DNA of 64,000 nucleotides from Octopus sinensis (taxonomy: Eukaryota): positions 193,316,001-193,380,000 of the forward strand of contig NC_042997.1 in assembly GCF_006345805.1 (NCBI RefSeq), written 5' to 3'. Positions 38,650 through 52,122 of the stretch are shown here, piece after piece. A model generated the notes under the pieces. That model was given only the letters and a program-made list of their open reading frames with translations, was not told where the DNA came from and made no database searches. Positions within the stretch are counted from its first letter, which is position 1, and each line of letters starts with the position of its first letter. The position numbers and the translations under genes are program-made.

Positions 38650-41600
38650 AAACTTCAAAAAACCAGCCAGCCTCCTAATCACTTATCAGTCTGGTGAGCA
38701 CATAAGCCAGATTGACAATGAGGATATGAGATAGATGGATGCTTAAAAATGCAAAGTCTTTCCTGGATGAAGAGTGTACAACCCTACATAGGTTACTAGT
38801 TAGTGACTTCAGAATTAGAGCTAGAAAGACTCGGAGATATAAACCAATCTGGAAAAGAAGACTATGGAAGCTCAAAAACCCAGCAAACAGACAAAACTTT
38901 AGAGAGTAACTAATGGAAGCTTCTGACGAAAGAGAGGGAGAGTTGGGGGGCATGAAGCTTAGAGGACAATTGGAAGTTCTTGTGGGACAATCTACTGAGG
39001 GCTACGGATGAAATCTGTGGTTGGTGCAGAGTCCCATTTAGACCAAGGGTGACATGCTGGTGAAACAAGTAGGTTGACAGTGCTATAAAAGTCTGGAAAG
39101 ACTGGAAAAACAGTAGAAGGAGAGAATTATATCAGGTAGCTAAAAGGGCAGCTAGGTGTCAGGTATACATAGCAAAATGTGCAGCTGAAGGTATTGCAAA
39201 TGTTCTACAGCATAAGGATCACAGGCATGAGGTGTTCAGGATTACAAAGCAGTGTATGGAAGAAAACAGAGAAGAGGTAGGTGAGAAATGTATGCAAATA
39301 GATAATGGTATGCTTGCACTTAGTGACTCAGTGAAGATGCATGGAAGTGTCATTATGAAAGGTTACTAAATGTGGAAAATGAATGGGAAAGGGAGAGTCT
39401 ACCAAATATTGAACCAATTGAGGGGCCAGCCATCAGAGCTGATAGTAGCATAATCATCATCATCATTGCTAGCATGGGTTGGACGATTTTGACTGAGGGC
39501 TGGCGAACCAGATGGCAGCACCAGGCTCCAATCTTGATTTGGCAGAGTTTCTACCGCTGGATGCCCTTCCTAACGCCAACCACTCCGAGAGTGTAGTGGG
39601 TGCTTTTTACATGCCACCGGCACAGGGGCCAGTCAGGCGGTACTGGCAATGACCTCACTTGAATCCTTTTACACATGCCACCAGCACAGGTGCTAGTAAG
39701 GCGACGTTGGTAATGATCACGCTCAAATGGTGCCCTTTTACGTGCCACTGGCATGGAAGCCAGTTGGCTGCTCTGGCAACGATCACACTCGGATGGTGCT
39801 CTTGGCACCCTACTAGCACGGGCACAAGTGCCAGTAAGGTGACGCTGGGATAAGACAATTAAGGACATGAAGACAGAAAGCTCCTGGGCCATCATGAATC
39901 ACTGCCAAAAGGATTAAAATTCCTGGTGGTGTAGCATACAGCTTAGTCACCTGTGTAGTTAATCAGGTTATTCAGGAAGGCACCATCCCCAACGACTGGT
40001 GTAGTAGTATTATAGTTAGCTGCTACAAAAGTAAAGGTGATTCCTTAGAAACAACTACAGAGGTATTAAATTGCTAGACCAAGTCCTGAAAGTTACTGAG
40101 AGGGTTTTAGCTCAATTGGTTAGAAATAGAATTAAACTAGATGAGATGTAGTTTGGTTTTGTACCTGGGGAGAGTACCACAGATGCCATCTTCCTAGTGA
40201 GACAGCTGCAGTTCTCAGCCAACCCTTATTCATTATAGTCTTCCAGGCCATAACTGAGGAATTCAAAACTGGGTGCTTGTGGGAACTGCTATATTCTAAT
40301 GACCTTGCTCTTATTGCAGAATCTTTAGAAGAACTGGAGAAGAAATTCCAGGTATGGAAACAAAACCTTTCGGAAGGTATTTCACCAATTGTGTGTAAGC
40401 TTTGATAAATGTGCAAGCACTTTCAGTTCTCAGGGTTATCAAGCATGTGTTATGGCTATATATCATCATCATCATCATCATCGTTTAACGTCCGCTTTCC
40501 ATGCTAGCATGGGTTGGACGGTACAACTGGGGTCTGGGAAGCCAGAAGGCTGCACCAATTAAAAAATTGAAGATAAAATCTGTGTTAGATATTATCAGGT
40601 AGCTAGCATGCAATCAACCGGTTATGGTAAATTAATCAATTTATAAATATTCATATAAAAATATAAATAGATATATAAAAACACTAATTAGTGTCTCCTT
40701 CTAGCAAGCAGTTGGACTCTTGTTCGTATGTGTTTACTCTCCTGATATATATTTTTATATATCTATTTATAAATTTACTAGCAGTATCGCCCGGCGTTGC
40801 TCAGGTTTGTAAGGGAAATAACTATAAAGCATTTTTAGAGAGTTATAGCCAAAATATAGCAAAAAAATGGGAAAAAATTATGGTAATTTTTTTTTAAAGT
40901 TAAAAAAGGTGGAGTTGCGTCCCATAGACAGTTTGTGGTTTGTGTTTGTGATTCTCGACCCCATGTCGAATTTATCGATTTTTTTCAGAACTGGGGGAAC
41001 TTTTCAAAATTTTCGCTGCGTTAGTTTTGAATTATGACATTGGGCTATGTGTGTGTCAAGTTTCATCAGAATCGGTTGAAAGCCGTGGTCAGGGTGAGGG
41101 TACAAGCAAACAGACACACAGAAACACGCACAGACAAACTGCTGTTTATATAGAGAGAGATATATACAATCAAAGGGCCTTAGAATCAACCTAGCCAAAA
41201 CCAAAGTCCTAATAAGTAGGAAGGTAGACCAATCACAAACGCCTTCAGGTAGATGGCCCTGCTCGATCTGTAGAAAAGGCGTAGGTAGAAACTCCATAAG
41301 ATGCACCAAATGTAAGCTATGGACACATAAGAGATGTAGTCATGTCAAAGGAAGACTAACTAGGAAAATAGTTTTTATCTGTGACAGATGCTCAGGAGCA
41401 ATAAACTCTGAAAACATGCAGAGACCAACTTCTACCACGTTCCAGGGAGAAAAACTAGAAGTAGTTGATAGCTTCCGCTACCTAGGTGACCAAGTCAGTA
41501 GCGGGGGTGGGTGTGCTGAAAGTGTAACTGCTAGAGTAAGAATAGCCTGGGCAAAGTTTAGAGAGCTCTTACCCCTGCTGGTGACTAAAGGCCTCTCGCT

Positions 41601-42562
41601 CAAAGTAAAAGGCAGACTGTATGATGCATATGTATGTACAGCCATGCTACATGGTAGTGAAACATGGGCTGTGACTGCTGAGGATTTGCGTAAGCTCACA
41701 AGAAATGAAGCTAGTATGCTCCGTTGGATGTGTAATGTCAGTGTTCATAATCGACAGAGTGTAAGTACCTTGAGACAAAAGTTGGACCTAAGAAGCATCA
41801 GTTGTTGTGTGCAAGAGAGACGATTGCGCTGGTATGGTCATGTGACGAGAATGGATGAAGATAGGTGTGTGAAAAAGTGCCACACCCTGACAGTTGAGGG
41901 GACCTGTGGAAGATGTAGACCCAGGAAAACCTGGGACGAGGTGGTGAAGCACGACCTTCGAACTTTAGGTCTCACCAAGGAAATGACTAGAGACCGAGAC
42001 CTATGGAAGTATGCTGTGCGTGAGAAGACCCGGCAAGACCAGTAAGAACAGTCAAAATCAAAATCAAAATCAAATCAAATCAAATCAGATATCAGAAAGC
42101 AGAACCAAAATTGAGGTCGATCAACATCAGTGGAAATTGCAGCTGTGGTTAAGCGAACCATCCGATCGTGGTCATTGCCGGCACCGCCCCGTCTGGCCTC
42201 CGTGCCGGTGGCACGTAAAAGCACCATCCGTTCGTGTCTGTTGCCAGCCTCGCCTGGCCCCGTACCGGTGGCACATAAAAGCACCATCCGTTCGTGTCCG
42301 TTGCCAGCCTTGCCTGGCCCCCATGCCGGTGGCACGTAAAAGCACCATCCGTTCGTGGCCGTTTGCCAGCTCTGTCTGGCACCTGTGCGGGTGGCACGTA
42401 AAAAGCACCTACTACACTCATGGAGTGGTTGGCGTTAGGAAGGGCATCCAGCCGTAGAAACACTGCCAGATCTGACTGGGCCTGATGAAGCCTTCCAGCT
42501 TCACAGACCCCAGTTGAACCATCCAACCCATGCTAGCATGGAAAACGGACTAAATGATGATG
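38650..42562 (+). mobile_element. Degenerate RTE-clade LINE (RT plus 3' UTR with (GAT)n tail), interrupted by insertions
   Basis: RT motifs NYRGIKLL, LLYSNDLALIAES and WKQNL (ends ~40370), resuming as SKGLRINLAKTK at ~41170. Cys-rich insert WPCSICRKG...C..C. 209-aa ORF 41416-42045 with FRYLG, GSETW, RLRWYGHV, RPRKTW. Confidence 0.88.
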
Positions 42563-42619
42563 ATGATATATATATATAAATTTATAAATACATATATACA
42601 TACATATATATATGCAAGA

Positions 42620-43411
42620 ATTTTTTTTGTGCATGGTGCAAAAGATTGTGCAGCAGCTGACCTGGCTACATCAAGTGCAAACATGGAACCTTGCCCACCA
42701 CTGTGCAAGACCACCACAATCAACAGATACAGGATGGCTTCCCGTAACACAAGCACAGTCATCATGCCAATATTTTTACTAAATATTGGAGGCCTGTTGC
42801 ATCACAACAATAAAAGCAAAATTTTTTTACCTGAGTAACCTTGCTGCATGCAATCAAGCCCTATGCATAGCACTTGTGGAAACTCATCTTAGGCCTTATA
42901 TAGAGGATGCAGAAGTACACTTACCAAAATATGCCATACTGCGAATGGATAGAAGGGAAAGGAGCTATGGTGGAGTTGCTGTATACATCCATGAGGACCT
43001 CATGCCCCAGGTGCTACTGTCATACTCAAATTCAGTATGTGACTCTCAAGTTGTATACATAACACAATGTAGTCAAATGCAATACATATCATCCATTGGA
43101 TGCTCCAAACTACATGGGAAAGTTTGAAGATTGCCTCACAAGAATAAAAGAAACTCTCATGAAACTGGAACATCAAGTGAGTGTATTTCTTATGGGTGAT
43201 TTCAACTTCCCCAGTATCAAATGGTCTGAAGGCCTCATGCTCTCAGGAATGACTCATTGCAAACAAGTACAGGTGGAGTCCCTGCTCAACCTCACCAATG
43301 CCCTATTCATGGAGCAAATTGTGCTCCAACCTACCAGGGCGAACAACATATTGGATCCCTGCTTCACAAACAATATGGACATCGTTCATAATGTGAAAGT
43401 GCTGCTGGCAT

Positions 43412-43450
<39 letters not shown>

Positions 43451-45450
43451 TGTGTACAGTGCTCAGGTGCACTACAACTCATCTAAAGTGTATATATAAT
43501 CAGGTGTAGTTTCGGCGGATTTCGGAAAGCATGAGGGCCTTAAAGGATGCAGTGTCATGGCAGTCAACAACTGACGCAGGCAGTTTATTCCATGCTTCAG
43601 CAACTCTGAGCGTGAAAAAATGTTTCTGAAAGTCATGGTAGCTGTGCTGTTTTCTGACTTTGTAGGCATGTCCACGTGTGTTAGACACATGGAGATCAAA
43701 AAGGTGTTCAGTGTTGTTGTTGGTGAGCTGTCTATGTATGGATCAAAAGTAGCCAGAGATATACAGCCTAAAGGAAGCACCCAAAATCTCTCCAATCTGA
43801 ACTTCTACAAAGCAAACTGGAAATCGATCCAAAAAGAGATCCTCAGACAGGACTGGCTGAAATGTCTCTCCACACCATTAGCATGAAATTAGAATATTTC
43901 ATGTCTGTGGTGCAAACCATATGCCAGAAATATGTCCTGGAGCACAAGGCCAACACAAAAAGGAACAAGACTCCAAGGGAGAGGAAGATCCTCATGAGAT
44001 GATGGATGAAGGTTGCAAATGGCTTCAACCAAAATCTCAAAAGTAGTGAAAGGTCTCTCCTAAAAACAACACTGAAGGAACTTGAAAAAAGCCTGTAACA
44101 ATCCTATGTGAAAGAGAGAGCAGACAAAGGAGCGTGGGTTATAAAAAACATCTAGTCAAACCCAAAGGCCTCCTTTCATTATGCCAAAGAAACAGCCTCA
44201 GTACGCTGCAAAATAGGACCCCTCTTCCAGAAGGATGGCTCCCTCACAAATAACCCAACCAGGATCAGGGAAGTACTGAATGACCAGTTCAAAAGTATCT
44301 TTACCATCCTGTTGGAACACAGTCAAATGAATGAACCAGTGTATTTCTTTTCCACATCACCTGTAACCAGTGAGGCAGTTACAATGGATTACATTGACAT
44401 TGGTGAAGAAGGTATAATATTAGCCATAGATGAGGTGGACGCAAACTCAACTGCTGGCCCTGATGGTTTCCCAGCAATCCTCTTCAAATTGTGTAAACAT
44501 GCCCTGGCGAAACCACTACAGATTCTCTTCTAGAGTTTTCTTGCAAATGGCAAGCTGCCAAGCAAACTGAAGGAGGGAATAATATGCCCAATCCATAAAG
44601 GAGGAAGCAGAGCTGATGCCAAAAATCATAGGCCTATCTCTCTGACTTCACACATCAGCAAAGTCATGGAATGAATAGTCAGAGGGAAACTAATCATATT
44701 CCTTGAAGAAAACAATTTGCTGAGTGATACCCAGTATGGTTTTTGACCAGGTAGGAGCTGTCTGACCCAGCTCCTACAGCACTATGACTGGGTGTTGAGG
44801 CAGTTACTCGACAACTCAAATGTGGACGTAATATACCCTGACTTTGCAAAAGCTTATGATAAAGTTGATCATGGTATGATATGCCACAAACTACATAATC
44901 TTGGCATAGCCGGAAAACTTGGAGAGTGGTTACACGACTTTCTGGAAGATAGAAGTCAGGCAGTGGTGGCCAATGGAACCATCTCAAAGAATGCACAAAT
45001 AGTGAGTGGTATTCCACAGATCACTGTCTTGGGACCACTGCTTTTCATAGTGGCTCTCTCAGATATGCCTTCAGCTGCCCAGATAGCCAGCCTTGCTAGC
45101 TATGCAGATGATATGAAAGTCTTGCAGAAAATACAAAACCTTAGTGATGTTGCATGACGTTGTTTACAGATGGGCTGAGGACAATTATATGCAGTTTAAT
45201 GCTGGAAAATTCCAAGCCCTGCACTACCAGCACCCAAAATTGAATGAAAAACTTAGAAGGTACACTGGCCTAGGGCAATTACAATTCCAGAAACTAAATC
45301 AGTGCAGGACCTGGGCATCAGCATGAGTGATGTTATCTCTTTCCAAGTGTGTATTACCAAGATGAGGAGAAAGTGCAGATAGTTGGCTGGCTGGATCCTG
45401 AGAACCTTCAGAAACAGAGAGAAGGAAACCATGATGGTCCTCTGGAGGAT
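42620..45450 (+). mobile_element. Degenerate CR1/Jockey-group LINE ORF2 (APE endonuclease plus RT)
   Basis: APE motifs LVETHL, GGVAVYI, MGDFN, PTRANNILD. RT motifs AGPDG, DFAKAYDKVDH, GIPQ..LGPLLF, YADD. Many stops and frameshifts. Confidence 0.88.
43412..43727 (-). mobile_element. 3' end of the same CR1-like family, inserted into the older LINE
   Basis: Near-identical reverse complement of ~58990-59292 (SNTRGHAYKVRKQ...RRNYT). Confidence 0.9.
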
Positions 45451-45582
45451 ATATATATATATAATATATATATATATGTGTGTGTGTGTATACACATATA
45501 TGTGTGTAAATATATATATATAAATTAAATTAGAGATAAAAACCACTATTAGGCAACTAATATGTGTGGATATACTCCCTAA

Positions 45583-45650
<68 letters not shown>

Positions 45651-45688
45651 GTATGTATATATATATATGTAAATATATATCTGCATGC

Positions 45689-45720
<32 letters not shown>

Positions 45721-46195
45721 ATATGCATGCACACACATACAATCCTCTCTGAACCCTGATGCTCTCCTACCAGTAGGACTATTGTCTCCTGCTTTGATTG
45801 GATGGTCTGTCTCCTGCTGATGTGAGTGGTAATTCTGTGTTTTCAAATTCTGTTTTCACATGTCTGAGAGGTCCACCTCTTGAACAGTCTAACATATAGT
45901 CTGTAGTTTGAGTAAGTTTTGGTGGAATGTCAGCATTACATAGTTATTGAGAGGCTCTTTATATTGTAGATTCCATCTTTAAACTCCATCCTATCAACAC
46001 CTCAAATGTAAAATTCCTCCAATGTAAAATTCTCTCCTGAAGACAGAGGTGGTATTATCCAATAATGGATCCAAGTAAATATCATTATTCCAGACCATCA
46101 AGCCCCCAGACACAGGCGTTAGACTCATAAAACTCAACCCTTTTAACTCCTGATATCATTTATATTCTGTGAGTTATATTCATTTACATTCTGTA

Positions 46196-46478
46196 AGTAA
46201 TCCCTCGAGTATCGTGGGTGTTACATTCCAAAACCCCCTGCAATAGGTGAAAATCCACGAAGTAGAAACAGTACTGTATATTTTTTTTATTATTATTTTT
46301 ATAATTTGTATGAGTGGCTGTGTGGTAAGTAGCTTGCTTACCAACCACATGGTTCCGAGTTCAGTGCCACTGCGTGGCACCTTGGGCAAGTGTCTTCTAC
46401 TATAGCCTTGGGCCAACCAAAGCCTTGTGAGTGGATTTGGTAAACAGAAACTGAAAGAAGCCCTTCATATATATGTAT

Positions 46479-46515
<37 letters not shown>

Positions 46516-46521
46516 CATCAT

Positions 46522-46559
<38 letters not shown>

Positions 46560-47614
46560 GTGTGTGTATATGTTTGTGTGTCTGTGTTTGTCCCCCGCAA
46601 CATCGCTTGACAACCGATGCTGGTGTGTTTACATCCCCGTAACATAGCGGTTCAGTAAAAGAAACCAATAGAATAAGTACTAGGCTTACAAAGAATAAGT
46701 CCTGAGGTCGATTTGCTCGACGAAAGGCGGTGCTCCAGCATGGCCACAGTCAAATGACCGAAAGAAGTGAAAGAGTAAAAAAGAGCATAAATGGAAAACA
46801 GCACCACACGCTCACATCTCAAGTTTCGTTTTCCATACAGTATGTGCGATTCTTTGTTTACTCATCTACGGTACACTACATATTTTCTTTTAATCATCAT
46901 CGTTTAACATCCATTTTCCATGCTAGCATGGGTTGGACTGTTCGACTGGGGTCTGGGAAGCCAGGAGGCTGCACCAGGCCCAGTCTGATCTGGCAGTGTT
47001 TCTACAGCTGGATGCCCTTTCTAACGCCAACCACTCCATGAGTGTAGTGGTTCTTTTTTTTCGTGCCACTGGCACAGGTGCCAGGCGAGGCTGGCAACAG
47101 CCATGATCGGTTGGTGCTTTTTACATGCCAGCGGCACGGAGGCCATTCGAGGTGGCGCTGGCAATGGCCACGTTCGGATTTTTCTTTTACGTGCTACCGG
47201 CACTGGTATCACAACTACAATTTCCATTGATTTTTGATCAATTTCGATTTCAATTTCACTTGTCTCAACAGGTCTTCGCAAGCAGAGTTTTGTGTCCCAA
47301 GAAGGAAAGGTATGCATAAGTGGACTGGCTACATCCCAGGTAGAGGCCACGGGTTATGGTCTCATAATATATTTTAATTAATGTGTTATACAATGTAGTA
47401 CCATACTGTATTTTTCTTTATTAATTTTTAGGTGTGAAAATGCTTATTTTACCACAGAAATAATTAAAATCTAAAAAAATTTAAATACCTATTGGCTACA
47501 GAAACCTGCAATATACTGAGGAGTCCAGGATATAGATTTACATATACTAGCCAGAAAAATCCACAATGTACTGAGAGTGTGATAGGTGAACCGTGATATG
47601 GCGAATGATTACTG
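46196..47614. mobile_element. pogo/Tigger-like MITE with nested SINE and RTE tail
   Basis: Termini agtaatccctcgagtatcg / gatatggcgaatgattactg-TA. Internal gataggtgaa / aaatccacg motifs. Confidence 0.55.
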
Positions 47615-48069
47615 TATTTAATATTCTGTGTGAATTGACTTGTCTAACTTGCTTCTCATTACTTTTACTCATCTACTGGCTCAAGTTCAAGTCTCTTGAT
47701 CACTTCGAAGTGTATTCTATATAGAGAACAGCTGCTTCTAACCTATATATATATATATATAGATGCTGTATGGAATTTTGTGAGTGAATAGGTCACGGTT
47801 TCAAAAATATTTTGACAAATTAAATTTAAATGTTGAAGTGAATCTAACAGTTCTTGTGTGTTTTTAAATGGCTTATAAACACCTTCCATGCTGCAATTGT
47901 TTTTGCTTCAGCACACAATCTCAGATAAGGTTACATGCTATGCAAGTACATCTCTCTCTGTATATACACACATATATTTAAATGATTTGAGAAAATGAAT
48001 TTCCAAATCAATCAGGTATAACACTTCAGCATTACATGCATCTGCATATCGTACCTTGGGATCTTCTTT

Positions 48070-48107
<38 letters not shown>

Positions 48108-50389
48108 TATACATACACACAAATGTATACATCATCATCATCGTTTAACGTCCATTTTCCATGCTAGTATGGGTTGGACGGTTCGACTGGGGTCTGGGAA
48201 GCCAGGAAACCGTATCAGGCTCCAGTCTGATCTGGCAGTGTTTCTACAGCTGGATGCCCTACCTAACGCCAACCACTCTGTGAGTGTAGTGAGTGCTTTT
48301 TACGTGCCACAGGATGGAAGGTAGGCTGGCAACGGCCACGATTGGTTGGTGCTTTTTACGTGCTGCCGGCACGGAAGCCAGTTGAGGCAGCGCTGGCATC
48401 GGCCACGTACCGATGGTGCATTATACGTGCCACCAGCACAGGTATCACAACTACAATTTCCATTTGATTTTTTGATGTTGATGTACTTGACTCAATAGGT
48501 CTCCTCAAGCACAGCAGGTTCCCTACAATCCAAGGTAAGTACAGCAGGCCGTCCTGCAATCCAAGGCACTTGGATGGGCTGGGTCTTCTATGAGAAGTGA
48601 AGTGTTTTGTTCAAGAACACAACATGTTGCTCAATCCAGGCATTGAACCTACAATCGCTAGACTGTGAGTACAACACCTTAACCACTAGGCCATGTGCCT
48701 TCACATGTGTGTGTGAGTGTGAGTATGTATATATATACATATATATATAGATATATATGTGTCACAGAGGCAATGACGAAAGACCGAGATCTCTGGAAAT
48801 ATGCTGTGACTGCAAAGACCCGACAAATAATGTGAGTTCATGGCTGTTTCCTGCACCAGTTTCACATTGCCCCAGCCCATCCAAAGTACCTTGGATTGCA
48901 GAACGACCTGCTGTGCTTACCTTGGATCGTAGGGTGACCTGCTGTGCTTGAGGAGACCTATTGAGTCAAGTACATCAACATCAAAATAAATATCAAATGG
49001 AAATTGTAGTTGTGATACCTGTGCCGGCGGCATGTAAAAAGCACCATCCGAACATGGCCGATGCCAGTGCTGCCTCGACTGGCTTCTATGCTGGTGGCAC
49101 ATGACCTGCTGTGCTTGAGGAAACCTACTGAGTCAAGTACATCAACATCAAAATAAATATCAAATGGAAATTATAGTTGTGATACCTGTACCGGTGGCAC
49201 ATAAAAAGCACCATCCGAACGTAGCCGATGCCAGCGCCACCTTGACTGGCTTCTGTGCCAGTGGCACGTAAAAAGCACCAACTGATCGTGGCCACTGCCA
49301 GCCTCCCCTGGCACATAAAAAGCACCCACTACACTCACAGAGTGGTTGGCGCTAGGAAGGGCATCCAGCTGTAGAAACACTGCCAGATCAAACTGGAGAC
49401 TGGTGCAGCCTCCTAGCTTCCCAGATCCCGGTCGAACCGTCCAACCTATGCTAGCACGGAAAATGGATGTTAAACGATGATGATGATGATGATGATGATG
49501 ATTTCTACCCCCACAAGTTGTTTGCATTCAGGTGAATATGACATTACAGGTTGAATTGTTTTCTCAACGCACAACTCTACATTGATTATAAATTGTCAAC
49601 AGGTAAACCCTTCTTCTAATTGATAAATATCTTATCAAATTCACTCAAAGGTAACCTTCGATACAATTGTTTTATAAATGATTAAGTGAAGTGTATTAGT
49701 AGCAGAAAAATAATAATCTAAAATATATTTAATGCACTCACCTTTTACAAACGTCAACAGCCAATGTTGATAAAGTTCACAGAGTACAAATAGGTCTACC
49801 TAATATATTTATTACCTCATCTAAAACAGCTACGACTGAGTACATTCAAATGGTCTAGATGATCAATGCAATACAAATACAAATATCAAGTGTTGTTTGT
49901 TGGAATAATATATTGATATTTTATGTACCAACTGCTCATACAGAGGTTTCTAAAAATATAAGTTGTTGACCTCGAATGGAAAGTTTAGAGAACACCCAAC
50001 ATGATGCATAACAGGTTTGGTTTTTGTTATTATATTTTATAAATTCAAATTCTATTGGGTTCAACTTTGCATTTCATTGTTTCGGAGTTTGTAAAATAAA
50101 TATCAGTAAAATACTTTGGGCTGATTCAGTCGACTTAACATACCACTTGTTTTTTTTTTAATTGGCTTATTGCTTGGTGAAAATAAATCAATATCAGCTG
50201 TAGAGTTACTGTTAAAAGCTAGAGATTAGAAGTGATTGCTTTTTATACTCATACAATTTAGGAAAATACAATAGGCTATAAACTCTCTGAAGAGATAATG
50301 GCATAATATGTCATGATAACATTGGTTTATGGAAGTTGTTTATTTTCCTGGTTGCTTTCATAACTCACGGTCAGTAATGTTATATAAGT

Positions 50390-50696
50390 GGGGGCAAATA
50401 GCCGAGTGGTTAGAGCAGTGGACGCGCAGTTGAGGGATTGCAGGTTCGAATCTCAGACTGGGCAATGTGTGTGTTTATGTGAAAAACACCCGGGCTCCAC
50501 ACAGCCCCGGCAGAAGGTAATGGTGAACTTCTGCTGACTCTTTCATCTCAACTTTCTCTCACTTTTTCCCTCTGCATCTAGCAGCTCACCTGCGACAGAC
50601 CGGCGTTCCATCCAGGTGGGGAAGCTATACGTCAATGAAACCAGGAAACCGGCCCTTATGAGCCAGGCATGACTCAAGAAGGAACAAACAACAACA
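50390..50696 (+). mobile_element. tRNA-derived SINE (A-box tagccgagtgg, B-box ggttcgaatc, (ACA)n tail); partial copy 15173-15350
   Basis: tRNA-like head and a shared body aaaacacc...gctccac...ggcagaag...ggtgaa. Confidence 0.75.
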
Positions 50697-52122
50697 ATGT
50701 TATATAATCCTCCTCCTCCTCACCACCACAACCATCATCATCATCATCATTTTCTGTGTACTTTCTATGCTGGCATGGATTGGATAGGTCACCATGAGCC
50801 AAGTCAGTTCTTATTCACAGTTACTGCTCTCCTGGTTGGACTGAAAAATTTCTTCTTTCACCTATTTTTTCATTTTGGCTTGGTTTCTATCATTGGATAT
50901 GCCTTTCCCAACAACTACTACTTCATAAAGTGCCCTGAGTACATTTTATTGAGACATTGATGCTAAAGAGGTTGTCTTATCCTTGGCAACACATGACTTT
51001 AGGGTCTTCTCAAACTTATATTTTTCCTGCTCATTTGGCAACCACTTTACTGCACAGATTGTGTGCAATTAATCATGGCACCTGCACTAGTGAGGTTGCT
51101 TTGTATCCTGCAAGACAAAAGAAGAAATAAGGGTAGTATATTTCCATAGGCTGAAACAGCTGTAAGTGATTTTAATGATTCTAACAATTTATATTAATGT
51201 TTTTTTTTTAATAATCAACCTTTTGGGGTTGATAAAACAAGTACCAGCTGAACACTGGGGTTGATACAATCAGCTTAATCCCTTCCCTAAAAAGGCTGGC
51301 TTTGCACCAAAATTTGAAACCAATAAAAAGTAACATTTATCTAAAAGCAATTTACTGTAGAGTTGTTTCAACAATAATTTACTCAATATATTAATAATAA
51401 AGTTGTTTTTTTTTTCCACTCTTCTCATTTGAGAATTTACATTAGAATGAGTAACATACTTGATTGAATAAAGGTGTGGCCTATGAAAAAATTAAGAAAC
51501 CTATTGTTGATTGATTGACATCAATATAAACCTGCTGCAACATGTTCAAACAGGACTATAATTGATTCTCTGTAGTTTTTAAAGCATTCTGCTTGGCTTC
51601 ATTAAAATATTCATGTTATTTATTTAATGTAAGACGTTTTGAGTGGCTGTGTGGTAAGTAGCTTGCTTACCAACCACATGGTTCCGGGTTCATTCCCACT
51701 GTGTGGCACCTTGGGCAAGTGTCTTCTACTATAGCCTCAGGTCGACCAAAGCCTTGTGAGTGGATTTGGTAGATGGAAACTGAGAGAAGCCCGTCGTATA
51801 TATGAATATATATATGTATGCGTATGTATATGTTTGTGTGTCTGTGGTTGTTCCCCCCAACATCGCTTGACAACTGATACTGGTGTGTTTATGTCCCTGT
51901 AACTTAGCGGTTTGGCAAAAAAGAGACTGATAGAATAAGTACTAGGCTTCCAAAGAATAAGTCCTGGGGTCGATTTGCTTGACTAAAGGCGGTGCTCCAG
52001 CATGGCCACAGTCAAATGACTGAAACAAGTAAAAGAGAAAGAAAGAAAGAGTACGTATATGTATAAGTATGTATATGTGTGTGTATTTATATTTATAACT
52101 TAACCTTATGTACTTTCTAAAA

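Noticed and set aside
42155-42410. Repeat-spacer pattern resembling a CRISPR array (also 55150-55420)
   Set aside because: The spacers are related to one another, the context is a eukaryotic RTE 3' UTR, and no cas genes are present.
45253-45846. 197-aa ORF and other IYIY/HTHT/NNNN-rich ORFs
   Set aside because: These are translations of (TA)n, (CA)n and (TAA)n microsatellites.
46030-46075. CTGAAGA as a possible further hammerhead
   Set aside because: No matching stem II, GAAA or NUH half found downstream.
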